Source of the DNA: a virus
Length of the DNA stretch: 64,000 nt
Virus record (IMG/VR): IMGVR_UViG_3300046810_000466
Location: 1 to 64,000 of that record
Direction: 5' to 3' (one strand)
Of the stretch, positions 29,292 through 39,620 are shown piece after piece (positions within the stretch are counted from its first letter, which is position 1; each line of letters starts with the position of its first letter). The notes beneath the pieces were generated by a model, which saw only the letters and a list, made by a program, of their open reading frames with translations, had not been told where the DNA came from and did no database searches. The translations under genes and the position numbers were made by a program.

Positions 29292-30383
29292 ATGGCCGAA
29301 TATACTTCAACTTCCAATGGCGGTCCGTTTGCCAACATAAAGGTCAAATCAGACGATGTAGACCAGGTTTTTCGTGTATCGCCCAGTGGGCAAACCACAA
29401 CGGCCATCGGTGATAACTTTCGTGGATTTAACCACAGACAAGCGCCGAGTCTCATACCAATTAATAAGGATCAGTACGGGATGACGTTTTTCACCCGTCC
29501 GCGGATGAACATGACGGATGAAAATCTGCGTGTTTTGCGCAAGTTTGCGCCGCTGCTTTCGACACGTGAAGACTCGATCCAGCGGATCATTCGTTGCTGG
29601 TTGGACCCAGTGTCCAATAAGAATGGATCGATCAAAAGTCCCTACGTTGATGAATGCATGCCGTTCATTCCGTTGCTGTCCAACTTGCTCATTAACTTGC
29701 CAGGCTGGCCAGACGAAGCGCTGCCTTACTCCACCTCACAAGAGGGTATCCGTAAGGAGCAGTTCAATCTGGTAGACGGTACCGAAGAGATCTTGCGCAC
29801 GGTTGACTTGACTGCGAACTTCCGCAACGTGTCCGGCAATCCAATCACACCGCTGTTCCGGTACTGGTTGGCATACGCTCGTGCTGTGTACTTCGGCGAA
29901 ATGAATCCATACCCAGAAGCCATCCTGGAAAACGAAGTCGACTACGACACACGCATCTACCGTCTGATCCTGGACGACAAGAAAAAACATGTACTCAACA
30001 TTGGCGCCACTGGCGCCGGGTTCCCTGTCTCCAATCCGATCGGAGCACTGTTCAACCATGAAGCGGATCAAGGCGAAGGCCTGATTAATACAGGGCTGCA
30101 ACAGGTGAGTGTGCACTTCGTTAACATGGGCGCCATGTACGACGACGATATGTTGATGTGGGAATTTAACCAGTGTTCTGAACAGTGGTTCAATCCCAGT
30201 TTGGCAGATGGCACGCGACAAACGATGTATACCAAAATTCCAATGGACGAGCTGCCGATCTTCAATTACCGTGGTTACCCTCGCATCAATCTCGAGACTT
30301 ATGAACTCGAGTGGTGGGTGCGGAACACTGAATACAGGCAGCTGGCTGGTCTTGCTAAAATCTACAAAGAAACCCGAGGATAA
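29292..30383 (+). CDS. Tail/baseplate structural protein, tube-initiator-like (phiKZ gp88-like)
   Basis: 363 aa on the opposite strand. 'GFNHR...GMTFFTRPRMN...FIPLLSN...DYDTRIYRLILD...YPRIN..TYELEWW'. Confidence 0.6.
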   Translation: MAEYTSTSNGGPFANIKVKSDDVDQVFRVSPSGQTTTAIGDNFRGFNHRQAPSLIPINKDQYGMTFFTRPRMNMTDENLRVLRKFAPLLSTREDSIQRIIRCWLDPVSNKNGSIKSPYVDECMPFIPLLSNLLINLPGWPDEALPYSTSQEGIRKEQFNLVDGTEEILRTVDLTANFRNVSGNPITPLFRYWLAYARAVYFGEMNPYPEAILENEVDYDTRIYRLILDDKKKHVLNIGATGAGFPVSNPIGALFNHEADQGEGLINTGLQQVSVHFVNMGAMYDDDMLMWEFNQCSEQWFNPSLADGTRQTMYTKIPMDELPIFNYRGYPRINLETYELEWWVRNTEYRQLAGLAKIYKETRG

Positions 30384-30388
30384 CTTCC

Positions 30389-33334
30389 ATGGCTCTCGCA
30401 ATTCAAGAAATGATCGACAACGTCACACGCTATCGCTTCAACCCGGCTAGTATCCAGCGGGTGGCGTTGCGTGGGCTGGCGGAGATCAACAATGGTCAAC
30501 AGCTTTACTTCGATGCAACCAATCCGTTTATTCAAGCGCTGCAATGTGGCGCAGTAGAAACGGCAGCATTCATGCAGTCGCACGAAGCCGAGTGCCGTCG
30601 TCGTTATCCGTGCCTGGCACAGACACAAGAAGATCTGTACCTGCATATGTCGGACCAAGCTTATATCAATCGCTTTGCTGTTCCGGCACAAGCGAACTTC
30701 AGCTTCCGCTTCTTCAAGCCCGAGCTGGTGAACGCCATGGTCTACGATAATGCAACCGGCTATACCAAGCTGGTTATTCCTCGTAACACCTACTTCACTG
30801 TGGGTGGCACCGTCTTCAGTTTACAATACCCTATCGACGTGCGTCAGTTGGCCAATGGCGCGTTGTCAATCGTGTATAACAACGAGCAGGTATCGCCACT
30901 GCAAACGTTGGAAAGCAACTCGATCCCTTACGAGATCCAGGATGGCGCTGAAGGTGAGTACGTCAAGTTCGATGTGCTGGCCACCCAATTCAACATCACT
31001 CAGATGGTGGAGTCCATCAGCAAAGCGAAAGACGTATCGATCGCAATGCCGATCACCGATCAGATTTACTTTGCTCGGGTGTACCACAAGAACTCGGCGA
31101 CCGGTAAATGGGATGAGCTGGCTACCACCCATGCCGCCAGTATTTACGATGCCACGAAACCAACAGCAGTCCTTCACGTTGCTGACGGGGTCTTGCAGGT
31201 GAAGATTCCGCAAGTGTATGTTCGCACTGGGCTGCTGTATTCGAATATCCGGGTGGACATGTACGAGACCAAAGGCGCCATCAATCTGCCGCTGGCTGAG
31301 TACCCATCGAATGCGTTCTCCATTACGTGGAAAGCGTTCGACAGCTCCGAGCAGAGTAATGTCTTCTCGGCGCCATTGCCGAACATGAACGTGAATGCTT
31401 TCTCCAACGAGATCGTCATCGGCGGTCGCAATGAGATGGGGTTCGAAGAGTTGCGCAAGAACGTCATCAACAACGCGACGGGTCCTATCCACCAACCTGT
31501 TACCGAAGCCCAGTTGGAAGCACAGTTGAGGAACGCTGGTTACGACATCGTTAAAGGTAAAGACAACATCACGGACCGTATCTACTTAGCGACCCGTGAG
31601 ATGCCATCGCCTGAGCTTGTTACAGCCACCACAGCGGCCTCAACAGGCAACAAGCTACTCACGGCAGCCGCAGCCTCTATTGAGACCCTGACGGTCGCTA
31701 CAGAGTCTCTCGCTGGCTTGCCTACGGTGATTGATAACGGCGACAGCATTACCATCACACCAGACACGCTTTACCAGATCGTGGACGGCATTGCACAGCC
31801 GGTACCGCAATCCGATGTAGAGAACATCTTGTCGATGCCGGCTGACAAACGCGCGTTGGCAGTGACCAACGGTAACTTCCTTTACACGCCATTCCACTAC
31901 GTGCTCGATTCATCGAATGCGTCGTTTGAGATTCGTCCGTACTACTTGGACAATCCGATGGCCACCTCCAAGGTGTTCGTCAAACAAAATGACACAACAC
32001 TGATGTTGGTGGGAACGTCGTTGTACGGTCTGGTGCGCACGACGACAGGTTTCATCATGCAAGTACAAACGCGTTCTGACGATGTCTATAAGTCATTGCC
32101 GGACAGCCAAGTGTTTGCACAGATGGCTTTCATCCCGCACGGTGAGCGGGATCGTGCCTACGTTAACGGTGTGATGGTTGGCAAGACGTCGAAAGGTGAA
32201 CGGATCTTTAACTTCGATCTGTCCACCACGTTCAATGTGGACTCCAGCGACAACATGGAGATGACCAAGTTCACCATGTACAACACGGAACCTCGGATCA
32301 CCAAGACCGCGTTGCTCAACTCGTTCGATGTGATCTACTCCACCTCCGTGGTATTGACGTCCCGTTGGACGCCAAATGAAGTGGATGAGGTGTTGGGTCG
32401 TCATCTGTTGCCGAACCAGATCGCCGGTATCAACCACGAACAGATCCGGATCAAGTTCGGCGAACCACTGGACATGCTCTGGACTCGTGCTCGCACTGTC
32501 GCTTCTTCCATCACGTACCAGGTGTGGGAGGAGGATCTGCAAGCCTTCTACAAAGAAGACGTGTTTGAGTACGGCGCTGACGGTTTGCGGTTGAGTGTGG
32601 TGGAAGGGCAGCTGGTCTATAACAAGTTGCATCTGAAAGGTGATCCGATTCTCGGTCCTGAGGAAGCCATCACGTACGAACACCGTAAAGGTGATCTGAA
32701 ACGCGATTCGTCAGGTCAGCTGATCCCAGCCAACCCACGGGGTCTGAAACGTCAGATCGACTTGATGTTGCTCGAGGGTGTGTACTGGTTCGCCACCGAT
32801 GAAACGACGGCCAACTACCGCACGACATTGACCCGGGCACTGGTGTCATGGTTGGTGAACGATCTGGAGTCCTTCAAAACGGGACTGCTGGACAAGACGC
32901 GGATCTACTTCTATCCGAAGACTACCTCGGGTACGGTCAACGTTTATCTGTGGGATGATGTTCGTAAGGCTATCTCTGCTGGTCAGTCGTTCAACGTAAC
33001 GTTGGCGGTGTCCAAGCAAGTGCATGAGAACCTCAACCTGCGTGATCGTCTGGAAGTGGCAACCATCCAAGTGCTGTCGACGATGCTGCAACAGAAGACC
33101 GTGTCGACATCGCAGATGCTCGAAGCGCTGCGCAAGAAATACGGCAGCGATGTTATCGACGTGCAGTTGTCAGGTCTGGGTGGTGAGTTCAACTATCCCG
33201 TGCTGACCATGGCAGATGACACCGACCGTCTGTCCATCCGTAAACGTCTGGTGGCTTTGGCCGACGGTAAGTTGGCAGCTGAAGAAGATGTTACCGTGGC
33301 TTTCGTCATTCACAAAGGCAAAAGCGCTACTTAA
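30389..33334 (+). CDS. Large baseplate (wedge-like) structural protein (phiKZ gp87-like)
   Basis: 981 aa. 'DATNPF...DLYLHMSD...LQYPI...GGRNEMGFEELRKNVI...DNITDRIYLATR'. Confidence 0.6.
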   Translation: MALAIQEMIDNVTRYRFNPASIQRVALRGLAEINNGQQLYFDATNPFIQALQCGAVETAAFMQSHEAECRRRYPCLAQTQEDLYLHMSDQAYINRFAVPAQANFSFRFFKPELVNAMVYDNATGYTKLVIPRNTYFTVGGTVFSLQYPIDVRQLANGALSIVYNNEQVSPLQTLESNSIPYEIQDGAEGEYVKFDVLATQFNITQMVESISKAKDVSIAMPITDQIYFARVYHKNSATGKWDELATTHAASIYDATKPTAVLHVADGVLQVKIPQVYVRTGLLYSNIRVDMYETKGAINLPLAEYPSNAFSITWKAFDSSEQSNVFSAPLPNMNVNAFSNEIVIGGRNEMGFEELRKNVINNATGPIHQPVTEAQLEAQLRNAGYDIVKGKDNITDRIYLATREMPSPELVTATTAASTGNKLLTAAAASIETLTVATESLAGLPTVIDNGDSITITPDTLYQIVDGIAQPVPQSDVENILSMPADKRALAVTNGNFLYTPFHYVLDSSNASFEIRPYYLDNPMATSKVFVKQNDTTLMLVGTSLYGLVRTTTGFIMQVQTRSDDVYKSLPDSQVFAQMAFIPHGERDRAYVNGVMVGKTSKGERIFNFDLSTTFNVDSSDNMEMTKFTMYNTEPRITKTALLNSFDVIYSTSVVLTSRWTPNEVDEVLGRHLLPNQIAGINHEQIRIKFGEPLDMLWTRARTVASSITYQVWEEDLQAFYKEDVFEYGADGLRLSVVEGQLVYNKLHLKGDPILGPEEAITYEHRKGDLKRDSSGQLIPANPRGLKRQIDLMLLEGVYWFATDETTANYRTTLTRALVSWLVNDLESFKTGLLDKTRIYFYPKTTSGTVNVYLWDDVRKAISAGQSFNVTLAVSKQVHENLNLRDRLEVATIQVLSTMLQQKTVSTSQMLEALRKKYGSDVIDVQLSGLGGEFNYPVLTMADDTDRLSIRKRLVALADGKLAAEEDVTVAFVIHKGKSAT

Positions 33335-33337
33335 TAC

Positions 33338-33381
33338 GGCATACACTCCCATCACCCCGTAGGGTGATGGGAGCTATGACC
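33338..33381. terminator. Hairpin between convergent genes (bidirectional terminator-like)
   Basis: GGCATA-CA-CTCCCATCACCC-CGTA-GGGTGATGGGAG-C-TATGACC. Confidence 0.7.
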
Positions 33382-33382
33382 T

Positions 33383-34768
33383 CTAGGCGAAGCTAGCGTC
33401 TTTCATCTCGACGATGCCGTCCAGCGTGGCTTTCATCTCGTTGAAGTTTTCTTCTGGCATTTGCAGCGTGTCCTTACATTGCAGGATCGCTTTCCATGCC
33501 ACGTCCGTCACTGCTGTTACCAGTGTTGCAGCGAAGCTGGTTGCCAAGCCAGCATTACCGCACCACTTAGCGATCTCGCCGACACCGCTGCACATGCCGA
33601 GGTTGCTCTTAGCGAACTCCGTCGTCAGTTTGTACAGGGTGTCGTTTACGAACGTCAGCTTTTCCGACTGGCTGTCGTAAGACGCAATGAAGCTGGCCGC
33701 TTCTTGCAACGTGCCGAGCAAAGCCTTGGCCGCTTCGTTGTACGACTTCAGGCGATCGACGATGACTTCGACTTTGGATTCCTGCGCAGCGTTGCTGATC
33801 TGGTGTATCCAGCGCAGCGTTGACATAGCAGTAGCTTCCGGATCGACCATCTTGTCTTCTGCTGAACGGAAGACGTCCGCCACATTCACCACCGACGTTA
33901 CCTTGGCGCCGGCGCCGAATGCAACAGTTGGTGTCGTAGGCAGTGTCAGGGAAACACGACCCGAGTCGGAAACCTTGAGGGCTGCCAAATGTTGATCAAA
34001 TGCGTCTTTCCATTGCGTCAGATGCGTGGTCATGGTTTCGATAGCCGCTGGTGCTTCCAGGTGCGCAGTGTAGTAGGCGTCCATGGTAGCGAACGAATAC
34101 GGCACACGGCGCGAGATCTTCAGGATATCGGCCACGATTGGCGTCTGGGTCTGATCAGCAGGCACAGCTTGGAACAGAGGATCGTCCCAGCTGAAACCAG
34201 CATCGGTTGCCAAACGCTGGAAGTCCCGCAGGCTGTAATACAGCATCGACACCTTGTTGGCACGACGCTTGAAGTCCAGCGTATTGATCAGGAAGTCCTG
34301 ACCTGGGTTAGCAGAGACTTGTTCCAGACGAATGATCTGCGCTTGGATTTGCGTTGCCAGATCGCCGGCCATGGCTTTGTCGATCTCTTCCAGCGAAGCC
34401 TGGTAGCCGGTGAATGACGGGTGCTTGCTGTACCAGTTCACCGGCTTGTGCTTACCGAAGTTCGGCAACACACTGATCGCTTCCGTGGCCAACTTCTGGT
34501 TCATGCCGCGTTGCGTAATCAGATCGTCACGCAAATACGACAATTCCACGTACAGCGATTCAGCGACCGCCGCTTCTTCCGGATTGAGCTTCGGGATCAT
34601 TTCCATGATGACCGATGTGTCCGTCGCCACTTCGTTGGTCAGGACGTCCGGAATGGGTTCGCTCGGCAGCAGAGCGCCAGCGTTAAGGCTTTGGTCGGTC
34701 GGCGCGCCATTGATGACCGACTGGTTCATCGCGGCAGCCAAGGTAGCGGTGGCGTCGATGTCAGCCAT
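33383..34768 (-). CDS. Internal head protein (phiKZ gp86-like)
   Basis: 461 aa. Acidic N-terminus, 'GMNQKLA...YSKHPSFTGYQASLEEI' cleavage-like site. Confidence 0.5.
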   Translation of the reverse strand: MADIDATATLAAAMNQSVINGAPTDQSLNAGALLPSEPIPDVLTNEVATDTSVIMEMIPKLNPEEAAVAESLYVELSYLRDDLITQRGMNQKLATEAISVLPNFGKHKPVNWYSKHPSFTGYQASLEEIDKAMAGDLATQIQAQIIRLEQVSANPGQDFLINTLDFKRRANKVSMLYYSLRDFQRLATDAGFSWDDPLFQAVPADQTQTPIVADILKISRRVPYSFATMDAYYTAHLEAPAAIETMTTHLTQWKDAFDQHLAALKVSDSGRVSLTLPTTPTVAFGAGAKVTSVVNVADVFRSAEDKMVDPEATAMSTLRWIHQISNAAQESKVEVIVDRLKSYNEAAKALLGTLQEAASFIASYDSQSEKLTFVNDTLYKLTTEFAKSNLGMCSGVGEIAKWCGNAGLATSFAATLVTAVTDVAWKAILQCKDTLQMPEENFNEMKATLDGIVEMKDASFA

Positions 34769-35272
34769 TTACTGTGCTCCCATTGGAACAGCAGGCGGCG
34801 ATAGCAGCATGGCCACGTCGGATGCGATCAACATGATCTCGACTTTGTACTTGTTCATGAACTGGCTCAGTTCGTCCGAGATCTGGGATGCGCCACCGGA
34901 GTACAGCATGGTGATGTCCATGTTCTTGGCGGCTGGTTGGCTCAGCAGGTACTTCAGACGGTACTCGCTGTCTTGGGTATAGGCCGCCGGCCATGCTGCG
35001 AAATAACGCATCTTCCAGAACACCTGGGTGTATTCCAGTGCGGACTTGGCACCGAACACCACGCTCTCGTTGACTTCGGAGATCTTCTCCGATACCACTG
35101 GCAGCACTTGCTGGGCGAAAAATGCTGGGATGTTCTCCAGCTGTGCCGAAGGCAGGTGAGCTTGTGCCGAGGCGGCCAGCGCCACTGCGATCGCAACGAT
35201 GCGTCCTTGATCAGCCGGCGCCTTGACAGTGCGGCCAATCGTTTCATTCAGTCCAAAGTACTTCGGGTCCAT
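34769..35272 (-). CDS. Internal head protein (phiKZ gp85-like)
   Basis: 167 aa, directly abutting the next gene. Assigned by synteny. Confidence 0.5.
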   Translation of the reverse strand: MDPKYFGLNETIGRTVKAPADQGRIVAIAVALAASAQAHLPSAQLENIPAFFAQQVLPVVSEKISEVNESVVFGAKSALEYTQVFWKMRYFAAWPAAYTQDSEYRLKYLLSQPAAKNMDITMLYSGGASQISDELSQFMNKYKVEIMLIASDVAMLLSPPAVPMGAQ

Positions 35273-35295
35273 GGGTTGTTTTCCTTGTCGGGTAA

Positions 35296-36612
35296 TTACA
35301 GTAATACGGCCAGCTCAGCCGAGCGAACGAACAGCGGGTTGTTGCCCAGTTGCTCGAGTTGTTGTTGCAGCATCTTGGTCTTGCGGTTGCGACGGTAGAC
35401 CGGGATCAGCGTGGTGGCGATGTATTCACGCCATTCACGTTTATCCTTGATTCCTTCCATGGCTTTTTCCATGGCTTCGACATCGGTGACGATCCGTTTC
35501 TTCTCGTCAGCCGAGATGTTGCGGTTCTTCAGGCGATTGATCGTGTCCTGTTTAATGCGGCGGAAACGAACTTCCGGGGTATCGTAGGTGTTGTCGCCGT
35601 CGTCGCCGAAACCGCCCAGCAGGATGCCGATAACGTTAATCGGAATTGCCAGCAAGCTAATCGGTGGAATGAACATCAACGCGATCGAAACGATCTGGCA
35701 GAAGATGAACCACGGTTGCGACATGTGAGCATAGTCGTCGCCGTAGATTGCCGTCAACTTGTTCAACGCAGTCATCAGGTGACGGCCGGCGCCGTGACGG
35801 GTGGCGAATTGATCAGCCAGGAATTCCGATGCCGTGGAATCGTAGATGCTGATGCCCAGCTCGCTGCGGGATTTTTCAGCCGTCTCGAACACGATAGCGG
35901 TTTCGATGATCGACTTCTTGTCGGTAGCAGCAATTGCCGCGACATCCACGTCCTTCAGCTTCAGGTCGTCAACGCACTTGGCAATGATCAGGTGACGCTG
36001 ATCAACCGAGTAAGCGCCATCCAGGGCTTTAGTCATGGCGGCCAGCGCCATGTTGGTCGTTACCGTACGGCAGAAGGTTTCGCAGTAGGTAAAGAAGTGG
36101 CCAACTTCGTGCAAGAACACTGCTGCCATTTCTTCGGAGCTGAAGCGATGCTTGTCCGCTAAGCCAGAACCATCTTCCGTCGAGAACCAACCTTTCTTCA
36201 GTTGGTCGATCGGCAGGTAGATCGTAAATGGCAGTTCAGAGAACAAACCAGACGTCTTGGCGGTGTTGATGTCGATCATCGACGTGCGACCGCCTGAACC
36301 TCCGATGAAGCGCTTGGTGAAGTTCAGCTGGGCGGAATACCACTCGCGGTAGTTGTTACGGACCAGGACGCTGTTGTGGTACTCGTCGAAGATCATCATG
36401 CATGGCGGCAGTTCGCCAATCTCAACTGAACAGTTGATGTTGAAGGCGTTCTTAACAATAGCTTCCAGCAGCTCTTCGTTACGACGTTTCTGGCTGTCGA
36501 ACTCCCGGCCGGCTTGGAACATGATGTCGCGGAAAGCCAGCTCCAGTTCTTTGAAGGTCTGGGTGCTCTGGTAATTGATTGCCTCGGTAGAGAGCAGGGG
36601 CATGCGTTGCAT
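35296..36612 (-). CDS. Virion internal protein with HEXXH metallopeptidase motif and hydrophobic hairpin (phiKZ gp84-like)
   Basis: 438 aa. LSTEAI at the N-terminus, 'EEMAAVFLHEVGHFF', 'SEFLADQFATRHG', hydrophobic WFIFCQIVSIALMFIPPISLLAIPINVIGILLGG, and 'YDTPEVRFRRI'. Confidence 0.7.
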   Translation of the reverse strand: MQRMPLLSTEAINYQSTQTFKELELAFRDIMFQAGREFDSQKRRNEELLEAIVKNAFNINCSVEIGELPPCMMIFDEYHNSVLVRNNYREWYSAQLNFTKRFIGGSGGRTSMIDINTAKTSGLFSELPFTIYLPIDQLKKGWFSTEDGSGLADKHRFSSEEMAAVFLHEVGHFFTYCETFCRTVTTNMALAAMTKALDGAYSVDQRHLIIAKCVDDLKLKDVDVAAIAATDKKSIIETAIVFETAEKSRSELGISIYDSTASEFLADQFATRHGAGRHLMTALNKLTAIYGDDYAHMSQPWFIFCQIVSIALMFIPPISLLAIPINVIGILLGGFGDDGDNTYDTPEVRFRRIKQDTINRLKNRNISADEKKRIVTDVEAMEKAMEGIKDKREWREYIATTLIPVYRRNRKTKMLQQQLEQLGNNPLFVRSAELAVLL

Positions 36613-36759
36613 GGTTGGTATCCTTGTTGACCTGATTCAGAAAGTAAAAATAACGAGTAGGGCTATCATTTGGTCCCAAACATGCAACGCAAAAAGAAAC
36701 ACCCGTTATCAGTGAAGTCATACTGATATTTACCGAATACCCTCTGATCGAGCCGCAAT

Positions 36760-38694
36760 ATGTCTACTAAACCAGCAGTCGTTACAAGAGCAAAAGATAT
36801 TCACGGTCATGAAGTAGAGTTTACTGCCAACGATATTTTAGGTCATGAATGTCGTCACGTCACGTATTGCCAGCCACCAGAACCAGGTATGCGTGACTTA
36901 CACCTCATCAAACGTGTTACTCATGTGAAGATTGGGGAGAAAACGCACTTCATTCCAAACACGGTTCCGAAGTGGGACTACGAGCGCAAGTTCTGGATTA
37001 CAAAAGAAGGTCGGCAGCAGCACAAAGAGAAGCGTGAGTTTGCCGACATGGAGGACTTGCTCGAAGTTGTTTGCACACAATCGAAGCTGCGTGACCGAGT
37101 CCGTGACACGCTGGTTTCCATGACCGAGAAAAGTCGTAAGCGTTTCGGTCTGCCTTTCCCAGGTAAAAACGACAGCTTACGCAAGTTAGCCCGCAGTCCT
37201 TATCTGTACGGTACCGACATCAGCTCAACGACCTTGCTCAAGCGGATGTACATGGACATGTTCCCACATCTGCGCTCCAACTCTAGCATGGCGGCGACCG
37301 ATACGGAAACCAACATGTTCAGCAAAGAGCAAGAGATCATCATGCAGACCATGACCATGAAGGACAAGGTCTTTACGGTGATCAAGAAAGACTTCTTCAA
37401 GGGTCACGAATACGTTGAAGAACGTCTGCGTCAAACCTTTGAGCAGCATCTCGGTGAAGACATCAAAGCGCGTGGCCTGAAGTGGGAGGTCATGTTCGTT
37501 GATACCGCTGGTCAGGTAGTGGTTGAGGTCATGAAGAAAGCCCACGAGTGGGGTCCAGACTTCTTGGCGATCTGGAACATCAAGTTCGACATGGTAAAGA
37601 TGTTGGAAGCGCTGCGCGCCGATAACATCGACCCTGCCACGGTGTTCTCTGATCCATCGGTTGTCAGGGCTGGCTACCACCACTTCGACTTCAAGATCGG
37701 TCCTGCTCAGAAGGTCAAAGCCAATGGCGATGTACAGCCGCTCTCGCCATCGCAGCAGTGGCACGTTGTTACTACCCCAGCTTCGTTCTCCTTCATCGAC
37801 GCTATGTGCGCCTTCCGTCAGATCCGTACGGGTCAGCAGGAAGAACCGTACTACGGTCTTGATGAGATCATGGAAAAGTACATCAAGCGTAACAAGCTGA
37901 ACTTCAAAGAAGCTGATGGCTTCCGTGAAGGTGAGTGGCACAAATTCATGCAGGAGTTCTACAAGTTTGAATACGTGATCTATAACGTGTTCGACTGCAT
38001 CGGTATGGAAATCTTGGACGAAGAAACTTCGGACTTGAATCTGAACTTCCCGCTGTACTCCAATGCTTCGGATTACTCCATCTTCCCATCGCAACCGAAG
38101 AAGCTGTGCAACAAGTTGTTCTTCCATCTCTTGCAACACAACCGTGTCTTAGGGTCGACCTCTGACCAGATGCGAGATGAGAACGACGATAAGACAGTGA
38201 ACGGCAAGGGCTGGATCACCATGCTACCGGCACACCAGGTCATGGACAATGGTTTGCAGTGCTTGGAAGAGATCAACGGCATGCCAACAAACATCCGAGT
38301 CGGCGTTGGTGACTTGGACATTGCTGGTACTTACCCGAACGAAGGTATCTGCATGAACATCTCGAAGTACACGACGCATCGTGAACTGATCGAGATCGAA
38401 GGTATCCCAGATCACATCCGTCGTCGGATTGGATTTAATCTGGCAGGTGGTCATGTTAATGCAGTAGAGATCTGCTGCGACTTGTACAAGGCTCCGTCCT
38501 TGGACGACATGTACATGAGTTACCTGAAGAAGAAAGGCTTGGCTCCTCCGACGGTTGGTAAGGTATTCGATACACCGCCTTATAAACCAGACGAAACAAA
38601 ACCATTCATGCCTCCTGAACCCATGTTAGGTGACGAAGTTTCTGAACCCAATCCGCTGGATGACGATTACGACGCTCAGCAAGCTGCCGCCTAA
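36760..38694 (+). CDS. Split family-B DNA polymerase subunit: 3'-5' exonuclease plus motif A (phiKZ gp82-like)
   Basis: 644 aa. ExoI DTET, ExoII WNIKFD, ExoIII YNVFD, and PolB motif A-like DLDIAGTYPN. No motif B/C before the end of the ORF. Confidence 0.75.
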   Translation: MSTKPAVVTRAKDIHGHEVEFTANDILGHECRHVTYCQPPEPGMRDLHLIKRVTHVKIGEKTHFIPNTVPKWDYERKFWITKEGRQQHKEKREFADMEDLLEVVCTQSKLRDRVRDTLVSMTEKSRKRFGLPFPGKNDSLRKLARSPYLYGTDISSTTLLKRMYMDMFPHLRSNSSMAATDTETNMFSKEQEIIMQTMTMKDKVFTVIKKDFFKGHEYVEERLRQTFEQHLGEDIKARGLKWEVMFVDTAGQVVVEVMKKAHEWGPDFLAIWNIKFDMVKMLEALRADNIDPATVFSDPSVVRAGYHHFDFKIGPAQKVKANGDVQPLSPSQQWHVVTTPASFSFIDAMCAFRQIRTGQQEEPYYGLDEIMEKYIKRNKLNFKEADGFREGEWHKFMQEFYKFEYVIYNVFDCIGMEILDEETSDLNLNFPLYSNASDYSIFPSQPKKLCNKLFFHLLQHNRVLGSTSDQMRDENDDKTVNGKGWITMLPAHQVMDNGLQCLEEINGMPTNIRVGVGDLDIAGTYPNEGICMNISKYTTHRELIEIEGIPDHIRRRIGFNLAGGHVNAVEICCDLYKAPSLDDMYMSYLKKKGLAPPTVGKVFDTPPYKPDETKPFMPPEPMLGDEVSEPNPLDDDYDAQQAAA

Positions 38695-38697
38695 TAG

Positions 38698-38752
38698 CGG
38701 CATACAACCCCTACCGGCCTCGCAGCTGGTAGGGGTTGTATCACTTATGCCG
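38698..38752. terminator. Hairpin between convergent genes
   Basis: CGGCATACAACCCCTACCGGC...GCTGGTAGGGGTTGTAT...TATGCCG. Confidence 0.7.
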
Positions 38753-38763
38753 TCGTAACGGGA

Positions 38764-39549
38764 TTAGTAGTTGAAGTAAGCCAGCACACGCTGACGGGCT
38801 TCTTCTTTGATCTGCTTGCCGGACAGGGCTTGCTCGATGTTGATCTGACGTTTGGCCGCGGCGCGTACCAGGGCGGTCGGATCGGCCAGGGCCGTCAGCA
38901 CGTTCACCAGGTAACGCAGGTGCTGTGCCGATGCCGATGGCAGCGTGACGTGCGGGGTGAAGCGGTGGATGTTCTCGTCAGCGAACACGCCCTTCGGACC
39001 CATGTTGTCACGGATCAGCTTCATCACCATGCCGAAGACCATGTCGAATTCTTCAGCCTTGGTGTTGATGGCCTGGATCAGGATGTGGTACAGCATACCT
39101 TGGATCTGGCCGCCGGTGTCGTGGTCCATGCGGACTTTGCTCGACATCTTTTCGATGTAGTCCTTCAGTTCCAGGATGGTCATCTTGGCAGGGCCGGAGG
39201 CGCCCAGCGGCAGCTCGTAAGCCGATGCCGGGAAGACCGGCAGCTGTTTCACATCGTTGGACGAGACGGCTGCCACTGGGGCAGGTTCCGGTTCAGCCGC
39301 TGGCTGTTCGGTAGCCTTGTGCTCAACCAGTTCGCTGGCAGGAGCAGCTTCGTTCGCAACGAAGTTTGCAGTGATAGCGTCGCCTTCGCGAGTAACGCTT
39401 TCCAGAACTTCTTGGCTGCCGCTGTCCACAGCAGGGGGAGTCAGCGTCACGCTGATGTCTTGATCGGACGAACCCGATTGTTGTTCTTGATCTGCCACGG
39501 CAGTATCCTTTCGAGGTTGGGTGGATTGGTTGTTACGGTTCTTACTCAT
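38764..39549 (-). CDS. Hypothetical protein (acidic disordered N-half, helical C-half)
   Basis: 261 aa, strongly biased codons. Confidence 0.6.
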   Translation of the reverse strand: MSKNRNNQSTQPRKDTAVADQEQQSGSSDQDISVTLTPPAVDSGSQEVLESVTREGDAITANFVANEAAPASELVEHKATEQPAAEPEPAPVAAVSSNDVKQLPVFPASAYELPLGASGPAKMTILELKDYIEKMSSKVRMDHDTGGQIQGMLYHILIQAINTKAEEFDMVFGMVMKLIRDNMGPKGVFADENIHRFTPHVTLPSASAQHLRYLVNVLTALADPTALVRAAAKRQINIEQALSGKQIKEEARQRVLAYFNY

Positions 39550-39620
39550 GGGATTTCCAGTAGAAGTTAATCAGAAGATCGCGTGAGCGACGCTCAGAAG
39601 ATTAGCCGCAAAATGTTATT

